Positions 53,644 through 64,000 of a DNA stretch of 64,000 nt are shown piece after piece. The translations under genes and the position numbers were made by a program. Origin of the DNA: a bacterium (GTDB taxonomy: Bacteria > Hinthialibacterota > Hinthialibacteria > Hinthialibacterales > Hinthialibacteraceae); NCBI GenBank assembly GCA_963663405.2, contig CAXXSM010000091.1:1-64000 (forward strand). The letters run 5' to 3'. The stretch's first letter is position 1. Every line of letters starts with the position of its first letter. A model generated the notes under the pieces. The model saw nothing but the letters and a program-made list of their open reading frames with translations. It was not told the DNA's origin and searched no databases.

Positions 53644-54282
53644 ATGCTGGATACTGAATATACAAACGGCAGGAGCGATAAATTCCGTACATCAATTGTC
53701 CCTCTTTGGATTCTTTTTTCCTTACTTATGGTGGGATGCGCCCAAAGTATCCTCGAACCGGGAGATTTTTTAAAACCACCCAGTTTTATCGATCCCAGTG
53801 AGGAATTTGGACACGTGCGAACAGGCAACGTAACCGTGCCGGCCAATACGAATATTTTTCTAGCGGACGCGCCCCGCGACACAGTCATTGAATACGCGAT
53901 GGGTGATCAACGAGACACGGCGCTTGAAAACTCTCCAATAAAAGTATTGGAAGGGGTTATCTCCGGCGGGGAAACCTTGGATATCTATGCGAATGGAACT
54001 GCCCGTCATATCCCGGTTTCAACCATCCGATTAAATCCCGACGGAGGCGCTAACATCATCAAAGCTGGCCCCCTGTTTGAATACAAAGCGATTCAAGGTT
54101 CAATCGGCGCTTTAGTCGGCATGTTCAGCAATAAACGGCAGCCGTTTCTCATCGGCCGTCATCTTCGAATCCAGGCGCCGCGCGGCGCGCGTTTTCTCTA
54201 TCTTGCCATGTTGGATTATCCAGGCGCGTCATCTAACAATGAAGGAGAATATTTCGTAACGATTGACGTCATCCGGCGTTAG
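53644..54282 (+). CDS. Putative lipoprotein with a LecA/PA-IL-like beta-sandwich
   Basis: Lipobox LMVG|C. GALVG..PFLIG..LYLAMLD..NNEGEYFVTI pattern. Confidence 0.55.
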   Translation: MLDTEYTNGRSDKFRTSIVPLWILFSLLMVGCAQSILEPGDFLKPPSFIDPSEEFGHVRTGNVTVPANTNIFLADAPRDTVIEYAMGDQRDTALENSPIKVLEGVISGGETLDIYANGTARHIPVSTIRLNPDGGANIIKAGPLFEYKAIQGSIGALVGMFSNKRQPFLIGRHLRIQAPRGARFLYLAMLDYPGASSNNEGEYFVTIDVIRR

Positions 54283-54308
54283 GCGCCCGCGCGTTCTAGG
54301 AAGTAATT

Positions 54309-55241
54309 ATGAAGAAACATGTTATCGTTTGCTTCCTCACGGGCTGGTTCATTCTCCTGACCAACTTTTCTGCGATTTCCACACCAGATCCCCTTCTCCA
54401 TCCCCTCCGGCGGATAAAATGTCCATACAAAACCATCGCTTACCGGGATTGGTGGTATTGGAAATATACCATCGATGTGGAAGCGGACAACATGGAATCC
54501 GCCATCTCACGCTTGATCTCTTTCTTCGAATACTATTTATGGGGATGGGATGAGCGGGATCAGCGATTTTTTGGCATTCCATTGATCTACGAATACGCGC
54601 CATTTCCTGCCGATCAGCTTCCATTCACAGCTCATATCCGCAGCGATTCCCCAAAACTCTCCTTGGAATACCTCTGCAAGAATACAAAAGGCCTGTTCCG
54701 GAGTCATCTGCTCCAAGACCGGGTATTAGTGATCCGAAAAATGACTGATTCCATTCTTCTTGAAACGAAGATTAAACGAATCAAGAGAAGACAAATCTCC
54801 ATCGCCGATGCTGTCAGCCTAGTCGTGCAAAAGGCCAATCAGCAAAACCAACAAACGGTTATCCGTTTCGAGCACCCCGATCGTATCCGAATTCGAGGAC
54901 GAAAAGGTTTTGAACAATTCGCGATCTTTCAAACACTTCCCGCGACCATTTTGGATTACAAAATCGATCTCGACACTTCGGGCAATAATCTCATGAACGC
55001 ACTGACCGATATTTTGATCGCGCAGCCCATCCCCTTTTATTTAACTTTGAAACCAGATTATGAGCAGGGAAGGAATACATACCGGCTCAGTTTTGATACG
55101 CTGCCCGATGTTCCGAGTGATGTTTTTTCCGATATAAATAAGATCAAAAAAGGTCACATCTCGCCCGAAGCCTATCCATACAGTCCAGAATTCATCGTTC
55201 CCAGAAGCCCCCGTGACACTCTGGATATGCTGAAAAAGTGA
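54309..55241 (+). CDS. Secreted hypothetical protein
   Basis: 310-aa ORF with an N-terminal signal-like segment. No recognised domain. Confidence 0.65.
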   Translation: MKKHVIVCFLTGWFILLTNFSAISTPDPLLHPLRRIKCPYKTIAYRDWWYWKYTIDVEADNMESAISRLISFFEYYLWGWDERDQRFFGIPLIYEYAPFPADQLPFTAHIRSDSPKLSLEYLCKNTKGLFRSHLLQDRVLVIRKMTDSILLETKIKRIKRRQISIADAVSLVVQKANQQNQQTVIRFEHPDRIRIRGRKGFEQFAIFQTLPATILDYKIDLDTSGNNLMNALTDILIAQPIPFYLTLKPDYEQGRNTYRLSFDTLPDVPSDVFSDINKIKKGHISPEAYPYSPEFIVPRSPRDTLDMLKK

Positions 55242-55456
55242 ATTTTATCAGGGCCATTCTTTCACTCTTTCAATCGAATCATTATTGATCTATCCAGTAT
55301 GTTTTATAAATTTATAGGTTAATTTTAATTCTTTCACCTTTATATATGGCTATCTATCTATATTATAGATCTATCACTCTAGGATAAAGGAGGTGAACCG
55401 GGGGCTTTCTCTTGATTTTAAAAAACCAAAATTTAATAAACAAAGGAGAATGATCA

Positions 55457-57140
55457 ATGAGAGTAGTACAAATTACTATAGTATTAGGATTATGCGGAGT
55501 ATTGGCGGCCTCGGGTTGGGCGCTTGATGTGGAAGTAAACAAATCCGGTCCCGTTACAACGATTCAAGATGCGGTTGATCAGATCGGCGATCAAGGCGGT
55601 GTCATCACAATCACCGACAGCGGTATCTATGAAGAGACGGTGTTGATCGGAAGCGACATGGCGAGAACCGGTCAGCCAATCACACTCACATCGACCCAGA
55701 CAGGTGACGATCGTCCTGTGATTTCACCTCTCGCCACATTAGGGCCGTTTGTGGAAGCGCAACGAGCCGACCGATTGGCTGGGGTGGCTCTCTTCATCGA
55801 TGGCAGCATAATCTCAAATGTGATTTTAGAAGCCAACCCAGATGCGCAGGGAGTCGGCGCAAACGGAAGTTGCGCCCTTTTCGTGATGGCGGATAACGTC
55901 ACGATGGAGAACGTCCTGGTCCGTCCTCGCGCAGGAACGGCTGGAGAAACCAATTATCCCAACTCCGCTGTTTTCTATGCGCAGGAAGGCGCTGGGGAAA
56001 CCGCCGAAGCGGGAGGACGCAATTGCAACGGCTGTGTCGTCCGCAATTGTGATTTTATGGGCGTCGCTACGGATGGAGTGACTGAACCCACCGTTGATGG
56101 GATGACCTGCTTCTTAAATTCGAAAGAAAACGGCCAGTTTGCGACCTTCTTGCGAACCGACCATTTCACCAATAGCGACGATCAACAGGTGACGATTACA
56201 GTCGAGAATAGTACGTTCCGTTATTCCTACGACGCGGGTCTCTTCTTCTCCAACCGCGCAGGGGGAGCGGGAAGATTGACACTGGATGTGAAAGATTGCT
56301 ATTTTGACGCATTCGGTAAATTTCAGATCGGCGTCCGGGGCGTATGGCTGAATGTCGAACGCTCTATTTTCAGCCGAGCCTGCCAGGGCAATCATGGAGA
56401 TGGTGAAAATTCAGCGATCCGCATTCAAGAGCAAAACGGCCGTATCCCCGACGCGAATATCTCCAATTGTCTCTTCGTCAATTGTGGCGGCGCCTATGCG
56501 AAAAAAGCGTATTACGGCGGTGTAAACAATCACAACGCGGGCGTTGTCAACGTGAATCATTGCACATTCGATCTCTGCTGTTCCGGCGTGACGTTGAATA
56601 GTCCAAAACCGGAAAGCGTTTTGAATGTCAGCAACTGTATCTTTAATCGTATCGGTTACAACGCCTCCCCCGCCATTGATGAAGTGGGCTTGCTTCCGGA
56701 AACAACCGATCCTTATGTCCTTTGGTATTCCGCCAATTTTGAATCAGGCGGCAACATATCCGCCGTCTTCAACAATTACACAGATTCAGGGAACGGTGAA
56801 TTGAATGTCACCAACTGCATCGTAAACGACATCGCGGAAGAGGACAGCGGTGAATATCTTCCCGGCGATCCTCCTCTTGGTACACGACTTTCGGCGGGCA
56901 CAGTGAATATGACCGACGTGACACGCGCCGATCCCCAATTCGCCAATCTCGATATGAACGGAGATACGCCCTACGAATTGGCTGAAGGCTCCCCCGCCAT
57001 CGACGCCGGTGTTGATGGAGAACCAGCCGCTGGCGACCTCGATCTCGATGGTTCCGCCCGCCCTTGCCGGTTCCGCCGTTGATATTGGCGCGCAGGAATA
57101 CGGTTCAGAAACCGCTGTACTAGAATGGTCTATCTGGTAA
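55457..57140 (+). CDS. Secreted parallel beta-helix protein with choice-of-anchor-Q-like end and terminal TAVLEWSIW, frameshift near 57061
   Basis: AAAGGAG RBS, signal peptide, TIQDAVD..GIYEETV, N/C-rich beta-helix. GSPAIDAG..DLDG..R continues as GSAVDIGAQEY after removing one C. Confidence 0.85.
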
Positions 57141-57166
57141 GAACATAATCCCTTCTACTGAAATCC

Positions 57167-57204
57167 AACAGGACGTGTGTTACAGCGCGTCCTGTTTTTC
57201 TTTT
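57167..57204 (+). terminator. Intrinsic terminator
   Basis: AACAGGACGTG..CGCGTCCTGTT hairpin followed by TTTCTTTT, just after stop 57140. Confidence 0.75.
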
Positions 57205-57363
57205 CATGAAGAGATCCAATCCATCGACAGAAATCCCCAATAAATCAAATCAATCGAGGTATAATTGTAATTTAAAATATATACAATACCCTTTTATGTA
57301 AGCATTGTGATTTTTAACTGGTCTTATAGCGTAGTAATCTTTATTAATAGGTTGCCTTCTACA

Positions 57364-58520
57364 ATGAAAACTCTCACGTCTCGATTGAAATATCGCTTCT
57401 GGTTTCCAGTGATTTTATGGACCGGACTGTTCCTTCCAGATTCTTTGTGGCCGTGCAGCGTCCCAGTGTTTCGATATGCGCTGGAACGCTGGCCATCCGA
57501 TATCTTTGAATTAGCGGTCTTCCATGAAAAGCCATTCACTCCGGAAGAAGAAACCATTTTGGATCAACTCAAGCAGTACGCCGTCAATGAGACTACGAAA
57601 TCCAATTACGCGTTGTCTACGATTGATGTGACAAATCCAGAGATCCAAATTCCGCAGACTCTATTGGATGAACGTGGACAAGATCCATACCCATGGGCGG
57701 TGGTTCTCACTCCCCTCCACTATGGAAGAAACCGGACAATCGCCTGGAAAGGCCCCCTGTCCTCTACAATCGCAACAGAAGTGGTACATTCTCCAATACG
57801 GCAGCAAATCGCCCGGCGGATTACAGATGGACAAACGGCGGTCTGGGTGTTTCTGGAATGTGGAGATAAAGAAAAGGATGATAAATTCGCTCAAACTTTG
57901 CAAATCCAACTAGACGCGCTCAATGAGGCTCTCCAAATACCTGAATTGGAGGAAGAAGAGGCATACGATCCGATCAATCAGTTGTATAGCGGCATAGAAC
58001 TCAAAATCGAGTTTTCCATGCTGCGCCTCTCCAAAGAGAATCCAGAAGAAACTGTATTCATCAAAATGCTTCTCGAAAGTGAAAGCCGATCTCAAAGAGT
58101 ACCAATCGGAGCCAATGACATTCCCAGTGTTCGGACGCGGCCGCTTACTCTATGCGCTGGTTGGAGAAGGAATCAACGCGGATAATATTTCCGAAGCGTG
58201 CCAATTCATGGCGGGGCCTTGTTCCTGTGTGGTGAAAGACTACAATCCTGGGACCGATCTGTTAATGACGGTTGATTGGGAAGCTTCGCTGGACAACTCC
58301 TTTGTCAGTGAAGAAGAGATCGCCCGCTTTTTCGGCGCCCCAGATGTTGAAGCGAAGACAATGAGTTCATCGGTTTCTTTCACGGGCAAAACGAACGCGG
58401 GCGCAAATCAATCCAATCCGATGTTTGGCAGTCTCATCATCGCAATCGCGATAATCGCAGGCGCCAATATCATCCCTCGCCGCTTTCCTGCTGCGGAAGA
58501 AGTTTCAAAAAAGAATATAA
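57364..58520 (+). CDS. Conserved hypothetical exported protein (CSVPVFRYALERW family) with C-terminal TM anchor, frameshifted
   Basis: Signal peptide then CSVPVFRYALERW; SPIRQQI; PVFGRGR.L; GPCSCVVK..NPG.DLL..DW. The corrected end reads IILAAFLLRKKFQKRI*. Confidence 0.7.
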
Positions 58521-58615
58521 CATCCCTTCCCAATCTTCTAATCCCAATCGTTGATTTCCTTCCCAAGATAGAATAAAGTGAGTTAAAACTATTCTTATTA
58601 GGGAAGGAATCGATC

Positions 58616-59797
58616 ATGAAACAGAATCGGCGGGATTTTATAAAAACGGCTCAACACACCGTGTTGGCTTCCGCACTGGTCAGTGTAGGCTCTCATCCAA
58701 TCCTAGGCGCGAACGAACGGATTCGCATGGGAGGTATCGGCGTTGGCGACCGGGGAACCGACCGGCTTCGCGCCGCTCAGCGTCTGGGCGCAAAGGTAGT
58801 GGCGCTCTGCGATGTGAATGAATTGATGCTGGACCGGGCTCAGAACAGCTTGGGAGGTGAAGCGGACCGGTATAGCGATCATCGAAAGATCCTTGAACGG
58901 AAAGACATTGACGCCTTTGTGCTGGCCACTCCTGACCACTGGCATCACGACATCTTTCTCGACGCAATGGAAGCCGGGAAAGACGTATACCAGGAAAAAC
59001 CACTCTCTCATACCATCGAAGAAGGCAAGAGCATGGTCGAAGCGGCGCAAAAAACGGACCGGGTGGTTCAAATCGGAAACCACCGCCGCAGTGGGAAACA
59101 TTGGCATGACGCGTATCAACTCATCAAAGAAGGCGTGATCGGTGATGTGAAATGGGTGCGGACCTACGACTGCCGCCATTGGGCCGATGGGGATCCTTAC
59201 CAAGCACGGGGACACGATAAAAATTTATATAATCCAGATAAATTGGATTGGGAGCGATTTCAAGGCAACGCGCCTAAACACCCCTATCATTCCGACCGCG
59301 CCTCCGCCTGGCGGTGGTATTGGGATTACGCCGGGGGCCTCTTAACGGATATCGGAGCGCATAATATCGATGTCGCGATGTGGATGACAGACTCAACAAC
59401 GCCGAAATCGGTTGTTTCTAATGGCAACGTCTATCATCTCGATTTCTGGGAGACGCCCGATATCTGCCATACAACGATGGATTTCGGACATTGCAGCGTC
59501 GATTTTACCGCGCAATTCGTGAATGGATTTGAAGGATACGGACATACAATTTATGGAACGAAAGGAACCCTCGTTCAAGTTCATCCTACAATCACGGTTT
59601 ATCTTCACGAAAAAGGTAAAACGCCGGTAGAAACCTGGGAGATGAATGATGAGGGGATCGATCACATGCGGAATTTCCTCGAATGCGTGAAATCCAGGGA
59701 AGAGACCAATTCTCCCATCGAGACCGCGCACCAAGTCATTACCGCCTGTCATTGGAGCAATATCGCCTACCGGGAAAACCGCAAGATTCTACTTTGA
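58616..59797 (+). CDS. Tat-exported Gfo/Idh/MocA oxidoreductase
   Basis: NRRDFIK twin-arginine signal, IGVGDRG, ATPDHWH, YQEKP, WRWYWDYAGGLLTDIGAHNID. Confidence 0.92.
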   Translation: MKQNRRDFIKTAQHTVLASALVSVGSHPILGANERIRMGGIGVGDRGTDRLRAAQRLGAKVVALCDVNELMLDRAQNSLGGEADRYSDHRKILERKDIDAFVLATPDHWHHDIFLDAMEAGKDVYQEKPLSHTIEEGKSMVEAAQKTDRVVQIGNHRRSGKHWHDAYQLIKEGVIGDVKWVRTYDCRHWADGDPYQARGHDKNLYNPDKLDWERFQGNAPKHPYHSDRASAWRWYWDYAGGLLTDIGAHNIDVAMWMTDSTTPKSVVSNGNVYHLDFWETPDICHTTMDFGHCSVDFTAQFVNGFEGYGHTIYGTKGTLVQVHPTITVYLHEKGKTPVETWEMNDEGIDHMRNFLECVKSREETNSPIETAHQVITACHWSNIAYRENRKILL

Positions 59798-59813
59798 TTT
59801 GACAAAGAAACTT

Positions 59814-61844
59814 TTACTCTGTATCGATGAGTTCTCCCATCACGTTCACAGGTTCGATTACTGTGACGTTCTCCTTCGGCAAGACCGCCAAGAGATTCGG
59901 CAGGTCATAGACTTCCAAAGCGCCGTGGACAGCGTTGATCAATTGGTTTTTCGTCATCGTGGAATGCAATACATTCGACCAGGAGATAAGAGAACGGCGC
60001 AGTTCAAGCGATGTAATCAATTCCGGCTCTAAAGCGGCGGCATGAAGCGCGGGGGGGCCCAATTCACCGATTCCAACAAGATGAACCGGCCGGGGAGCGC
60101 CATCGTTCTCGTAATTCGCCATCAGCCGGGCGATGGAGAGAATGTCTTCGGCCCGAACTCCTACGTACGTTTTATCGAGTAAATAAGCGGAGAAAGAGTC
60201 CTGCCAATCGTTTCCAAAGTGTTGATCCCATCCTTTGCTCCCTTCCTGAAGATGGGTTTCACCTACGCCCCGCATATCCACGGCTACAACGATCTCCCCC
60301 GCTTTCACACGTTTTTCGATCGGTCCTTCCGGCGCCGCGTCTACGTGTTTACCTTCATCGTGAAGATAGAGGCAGCTTTTTCCGTTATTGGTATCCGGGA
60401 TAAACGCCAAGGCGGGAAGCCAGACTTTTCTATCTTTCTCCGGTAGTAAAACCACTTTGTCGATGTGATATCCATCTCGTTCAATCGAATCGAGAACTTT
60501 GAATTCAATTTCAGGCAATTCATCCAACGGGCGGATCTTGGCGATTGTTCGAACGCGGTCAAGCGCTTTCTTTTTATCCGTGTCACGCCAGAATCGTTCG
60601 CGTTGTCCAGCCAGTTTTTTCTCTCGATCCAGATTAAGATCGTAAACGGAGCGCGCGCCTTCCATGAGCATCACCTGGCCGTCCGGCGTACATTGGATTT
60701 CCTCTTCGGTTAATACTGAAAAATCCGGTTCTGTAACAGCGTCATCCATCTGCAGCAGCCAGCGCCGCATCCAACGAGCCATCCCTGTGCGTAATTGAAT
60801 GGAAAATCCATGCTCTGCGTCCGTTTCGATTATATTCACCCGTTCGGCGAATCCCATGCGGGTATAGAAACGTTTCGCTTGGCGGAACGTGTACCACGAT
60901 CCATTGATATCAAAAAAGTCGCGCGTCGCAGTACACATTAACGTAGGTTTGGGAGCGCGCATCATGATGTAATCGGAATGATCCATACCAAAAGCGATCT
61001 GCCCGTGAATGTTTTGTTCCGCGTCTTGCGGATCTTGGTTGCGCAATGTGGTTAGAAAACAGCTGGGAGCGGCGCAGACAATCCGTGGGTCCAGGGCCAT
61101 TAAGTAGCTTGTCAACGTGCCGCCGCCGGAATTGCCTGTGCAGCCGATGCGTTTTGGATCGATCTCTTTCCGGCTGTTAAGATAATCGATGCTGCGCATT
61201 CCGTCCCATATCCGGTAGGATGCGGTGTTGCGGCCGACAAGAATACTGCCTACGCCGGTCATCGTATGCCCCAACGTGCCACCAATAATAGGAGAGCCGT
61301 TCGAATCCAGTAGCTGATAGCGCTCCCCCTGGTCGATCGGATCGTAACAGAGCGCCGCTATGCCATTCAACGCCAGCAGAATGCACGCTCGTTGGTACAC
61401 ATCTATAGCTTTCCCATTGCCACTGTGACCACATGGAACGAGGACACCAGGATACGGTGGTTCACTATCAGGAAGGAAGAGCGCGGCGGTCACGAAATGG
61501 TTTGGATGGCTTTCGTAAATCACCTTTTCGACGGAATAACCATCCCGCTGGAGACGTCCAGTTATCCGGGCATTCAGTGGTGTTCGTTTGGGCTGACCAC
61601 CGATTTGCTCGAGAAAGAAATTCCGCATCCGCGTCTGATGCGCGAGCAATTGCTCCTTTGTTTTAAGCGCTTCATAGTTCTCTTCCCGGCGATCGAAGGC
61701 TTCATACGTAAGACCGCGCCAATACTGTGTCATCATCTGGTCAACGCTGACGCCGTCAATCTGATCCGGCAAGACATCCAGATCATCCGCAGACACGAAC
61801 CCAACCATGAATAGGCCAATCGATAGAATTATAAACCGTATCAT
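59814..61844 (-). CDS. Secreted acetylxylan-esterase-like tandem alpha/beta hydrolase
   Basis: Signal peptide, PGVLVPCGH, DPIDQGER, nucleophile GNSGGG, DAEQ, RDFF, HGF. A second degenerate hydrolase domain has DMRGVGET. Confidence 0.85.
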   Translation of the reverse strand: MIRFIILSIGLFMVGFVSADDLDVLPDQIDGVSVDQMMTQYWRGLTYEAFDRREENYEALKTKEQLLAHQTRMRNFFLEQIGGQPKRTPLNARITGRLQRDGYSVEKVIYESHPNHFVTAALFLPDSEPPYPGVLVPCGHSGNGKAIDVYQRACILLALNGIAALCYDPIDQGERYQLLDSNGSPIIGGTLGHTMTGVGSILVGRNTASYRIWDGMRSIDYLNSRKEIDPKRIGCTGNSGGGTLTSYLMALDPRIVCAAPSCFLTTLRNQDPQDAEQNIHGQIAFGMDHSDYIMMRAPKPTLMCTATRDFFDINGSWYTFRQAKRFYTRMGFAERVNIIETDAEHGFSIQLRTGMARWMRRWLLQMDDAVTEPDFSVLTEEEIQCTPDGQVMLMEGARSVYDLNLDREKKLAGQRERFWRDTDKKKALDRVRTIAKIRPLDELPEIEFKVLDSIERDGYHIDKVVLLPEKDRKVWLPALAFIPDTNNGKSCLYLHDEGKHVDAAPEGPIEKRVKAGEIVVAVDMRGVGETHLQEGSKGWDQHFGNDWQDSFSAYLLDKTYVGVRAEDILSIARLMANYENDGAPRPVHLVGIGELGPPALHAAALEPELITSLELRRSLISWSNVLHSTMTKNQLINAVHGALEVYDLPNLLAVLPKENVTVIEPVNVMGELIDTE

Positions 61845-61971
61845 TATGAATCCCCCTCAGATAGAATGTTCTCATCATACAGGCCTTCTCACTCAAAATC
61901 GAGTGCGGATAAGACCAATTCATAAAGCGTTCTTTTCAGCAGAATAATGGTTTGGGATTCATTAAAAAAAT

Positions 61972-62098
61972 CTAGCCAAATATATTTGAAATTAAGTTCC
62001 TGCAAATTCTTTCAATTAAAGCAGCCCTCTCGGCTGCTCGGTCTTACATGTAGGAATACTGAGAGACAAATTCGCAGATTGGCCTTGAAAGAATCTAA
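61972..62098 (+). repeat. Dispersed intergenic repeat family B, copy 3 (longest)
   Basis: Shares its ends with 19656-19731 and its core with 26987-27081. Stems TTCTTTCAA/TTGAAAGAA, GCAGCC/GGCTGC and CTCGGT/ACTGAG. Confidence 0.75.
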
Positions 62099-62128
62099 AA
62101 AAAATCTCACAAAAATTGATTTCCTGTC

Positions 62129-62156
62129 TTGAATTCATTTCACGGGCTTATATAAT
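62129..62156 (+). promoter_or_regulatory. Sigma70 promoter for tRNA-Asn
   Basis: TTGAAT-16 bp-TATAAT about 50 nt upstream of the tRNA. Confidence 0.6.
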
Positions 62157-62206
62157 TTTATTTCTGTTTGGCGTATACGCCGAACCGTTCTAATAAGAAC
62201 CGATGT

Positions 62207-62282
62207 TCCCCTGTAGCTCAATCGGTAGAGCAATCGGCTGTTAACCGATGTGTTGCAGGTTCAAGTCCTGCCGGGGGAGCCA
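62207..62282 (+). tRNA. tRNA-Asn (GTT)
   Basis: 76-nt cloverleaf: acceptor TCCCCTG/CGGGGGA, D-arm GCTC..GAGC, anticodon arm ATCGG-CTGTTAA-CCGAT, T-loop GGTTCAAGTCC, discriminator G, encoded CCA. Confidence 0.97.
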
Positions 62283-62321
62283 GATTACAATCCGCTGAAC
62301 AAAGCGGTTTATACTATACGT

Positions 62322-62352
62322 GAAATCCCGTGGAGAAATCTGCGGGATTTTT
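62322..62352 (+). terminator. Intrinsic terminator after tRNA-Asn
   Basis: GAAATCCCGTGGA-GAAA-TCTGCGGGATTTTT. Confidence 0.75.
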
Positions 62353-62474
62353 CTGTTATAACCTTCTCGTACCTTTCATCTGATGATAAATCATTTCATT
62401 GGACACTACCACCACAAAATGCTACATTCCTTACCGGTCATCATTATCAAACAGGATCAAGGGAGGTGTTGCGA

Positions 62475-63371
62475 ATGACCGAAGAGATCATCAAGATCGA
62501 AAACCTCATACGCCGGTTTGGCAAGACCACCGCGTTGAACAACGTAAGCCTCCACATGCCGGAGGGAATCGTGCTAGGTCTGGTGGGAGAAAACGGCGCG
62601 GGGAAAACGACTTTGATCAAACATATCCTCGGCCTGCTTCGGGCCAAGGAAGGAACGGTTCGCGTTTTTGGCAAAGATCCAGTGGCCCATCCGGAATATG
62701 TGCTGAGCCGTCTTGGTTACCTCTCGGAAAACCGGGAAGACCTGCCTGGCTGGATGCGGATTCAGGAACTGTTCCGCTATACACAAGCGTTCTATCCCAA
62801 ATGGGATCATCCGTACTCCCTTAAACTCTGCGAAACGTTCGGCCTCGATCCAGCGCAGAAAATCAAGACACTATCCAAAGGGCAACGAGCCCAAGTTGGA
62901 TTGATCAACGCCTTGGCTCACCGGCCTGAATTGCTCCTGCTTGATGAACCTTCTTCCGGATTGGATCCCGTGGTCCGTCACGATCTTCTTGCCACGGTCA
63001 TTCAAAGTGTGGCTGAAGAGGGACGCAGTGTCTTCTTCTCCTCTCATCTTCTCGAGGAGATCGAACAAGTGTCCAGCCGTGTTGTCATGATGCACAAAGG
63101 GAAAGTTTATGTTGACAGTCCACTTGCTGATATTCAAAACGCCTATTGCTACCTTGAATTGGGAATGGAATCTTTCCCGGTGAGTCCTCCCGCATTGCCA
63201 GGAATGATATGGTCTAAGAGGAACGATTCACACTGGAATATCCTCTGTAAGGAAGATATGGAAAAGGTAAAACAACGAGTCACAGAATCAGGAACGAGTT
63301 TGCTACAGGCAAAGCGGCCGTCTCTTAACGAAATCTTTGTCTCCTTGGTCAAGGATGATTGGGGGAGGTGA
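62475..63371 (+). CDS. ABC-2 type transporter ATP-binding protein
   Basis: Walker A GENGAGKTT, LSKGQ signature, LLLDEP, SSH. GGAGGT RBS before ATG 62475. Confidence 0.93.
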   Translation: MTEEIIKIENLIRRFGKTTALNNVSLHMPEGIVLGLVGENGAGKTTLIKHILGLLRAKEGTVRVFGKDPVAHPEYVLSRLGYLSENREDLPGWMRIQELFRYTQAFYPKWDHPYSLKLCETFGLDPAQKIKTLSKGQRAQVGLINALAHRPELLLLDEPSSGLDPVVRHDLLATVIQSVAEEGRSVFFSSHLLEEIEQVSSRVVMMHKGKVYVDSPLADIQNAYCYLELGMESFPVSPPALPGMIWSKRNDSHWNILCKEDMEKVKQRVTESGTSLLQAKRPSLNEIFVSLVKDDWGR

Positions 63372-64000
63372 GTATCGTGTTTTCCATGACGGCTCAAATT
63401 ATATTGTGTTTCGCGCGCCGGATTTGGATCAAATTGTTTTGGGTGATTCTAGGTTGCAGCGCCGTATTTTGCGCGCTGCGGTTTCTAAAAGAGATGGAAT
63501 ATGGAATATCGGATCCACTGAACTTACATTGCCTTATCGGCATTCAGATACTTTTCGGACTAACATTTCTTATTCTTGCAACTGGAATTGAACGGTCAAA
63601 TACTGGATTCCCCAATCGGATGTTCGTTTTACCTGCCAACACAGCCTTCCTCGTTTTCGCTCAGATGCTATCCGGAATGCTTGCCGGGGATGTTCACATA
63701 CGTGGCCATAGCGGGAATGGCGTGGACAATCCTTGGAACGCAATGGCCGTTCCTTGGGCCTTCATTATTCATTGCGCTATTCCTGGCGGTGAATATGACG
63801 TTCTTTTGGTTCTCGGACCGGAACTGTCAATCGAAAAAGTACTACCTGCGATACTGATTTGGGCCGCGCTTCTTTGGTGGATCGGAAAGCGGTATGGGAT
63901 TGATAGCATGCCCATCCATCCTTCAACATACTGGACACATGTCACAATAAGTGAATGGCTGACGATCGTATTGTTAATGACGGGCGTTTATGGGAATCGC
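63368..64000 (+). CDS. ABC transporter permease (partial, runs off the window, likely two compensating indels)
   Basis: The GTG overlaps the ATPase stop. Hydrophobic helices, GFPNRMFVLP; the middle segment (QWPFLGP) reads in a shifted frame. Confidence 0.65.
   Translation, partial: MSIVFSMTAQIILCFARRIWIKLFWVILGCSAVFCALRFLKEMEYGISDPLNLHCLIGIQILFGLTFLILATGIERSNTGFPNRMFVLPANTAFLVFAQMLSGMLAGDVHIRGHSGNGVDNPWNAMAVPWAFIIHCAIPGGEYDVLLVLGPELSIEKVLPAILIWAALLWWIGKRYGIDSMPIHPSTYWTHVTISEWLTIVLLMTGVYGNR

Noticed and set aside
62250-62474. N-terminal extension of the ABC ATPase ORF
   Set aside because: It overlaps the tRNA and its terminator. ATG 62475 has a strong RBS and gives a normal N-terminus.
62207-64000. 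tRNA-Asn as an island or prophage integration site
   Set aside because: No integrase follows it, and I saw no duplicated tRNA 3' end in the window.

Overview
This is bacterial chromosomal DNA from a diderm organism with many secreted proteins. The gene styles suggest an uncultured PVC/FCB-adjacent lineage such as Hinthialibacterota/OLB16, which is inference only. The left part holds a secreted propeller-caspase next to an outer-membrane barrel, a QueG-like Fe-S protein, tatA/B-tatC coupled to a sugar dehydratase, a BNR protein, DUF4175, yhaM, an ABC-2 permease and a modular metzincin. The middle (24.5-42.2 kb) is a Wzx/Wzy-type polysaccharide locus with two sulfotransferases, wecB, fnlABC, a broken WbuB-like transferase, a nucleotidyltransferase and a DegT aminotransferase. 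An ExeA-LysM ATPase follows it. The right part holds a PPi-type pfk, a creatininase-family gene, rpoD, a nucleoside MFS transporter, secreted proteins, a Tat oxidoreductase, an esterase, tRNA-Asn(GTT) and an ABC transporter. Many genes are split by single-base homopolymer indels, probably long-read consensus errors, densest at 37.8-45.2 kb. The most interesting signals are: (1) a shared extreme C-terminal T-x-[IV]-x-x-W-x-I-[YW] motif on two unrelated secreted proteins, a candidate undescribed protein-sorting signal; (2) a sulfated-glycan locus linked to an ExeA ATPase; (3) a 136-nt nested rod-like structure upstream of rpoD; (4) two families of dispersed intergenic repeats with three copies each. 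No CRISPR array, integrase or transposase was seen.
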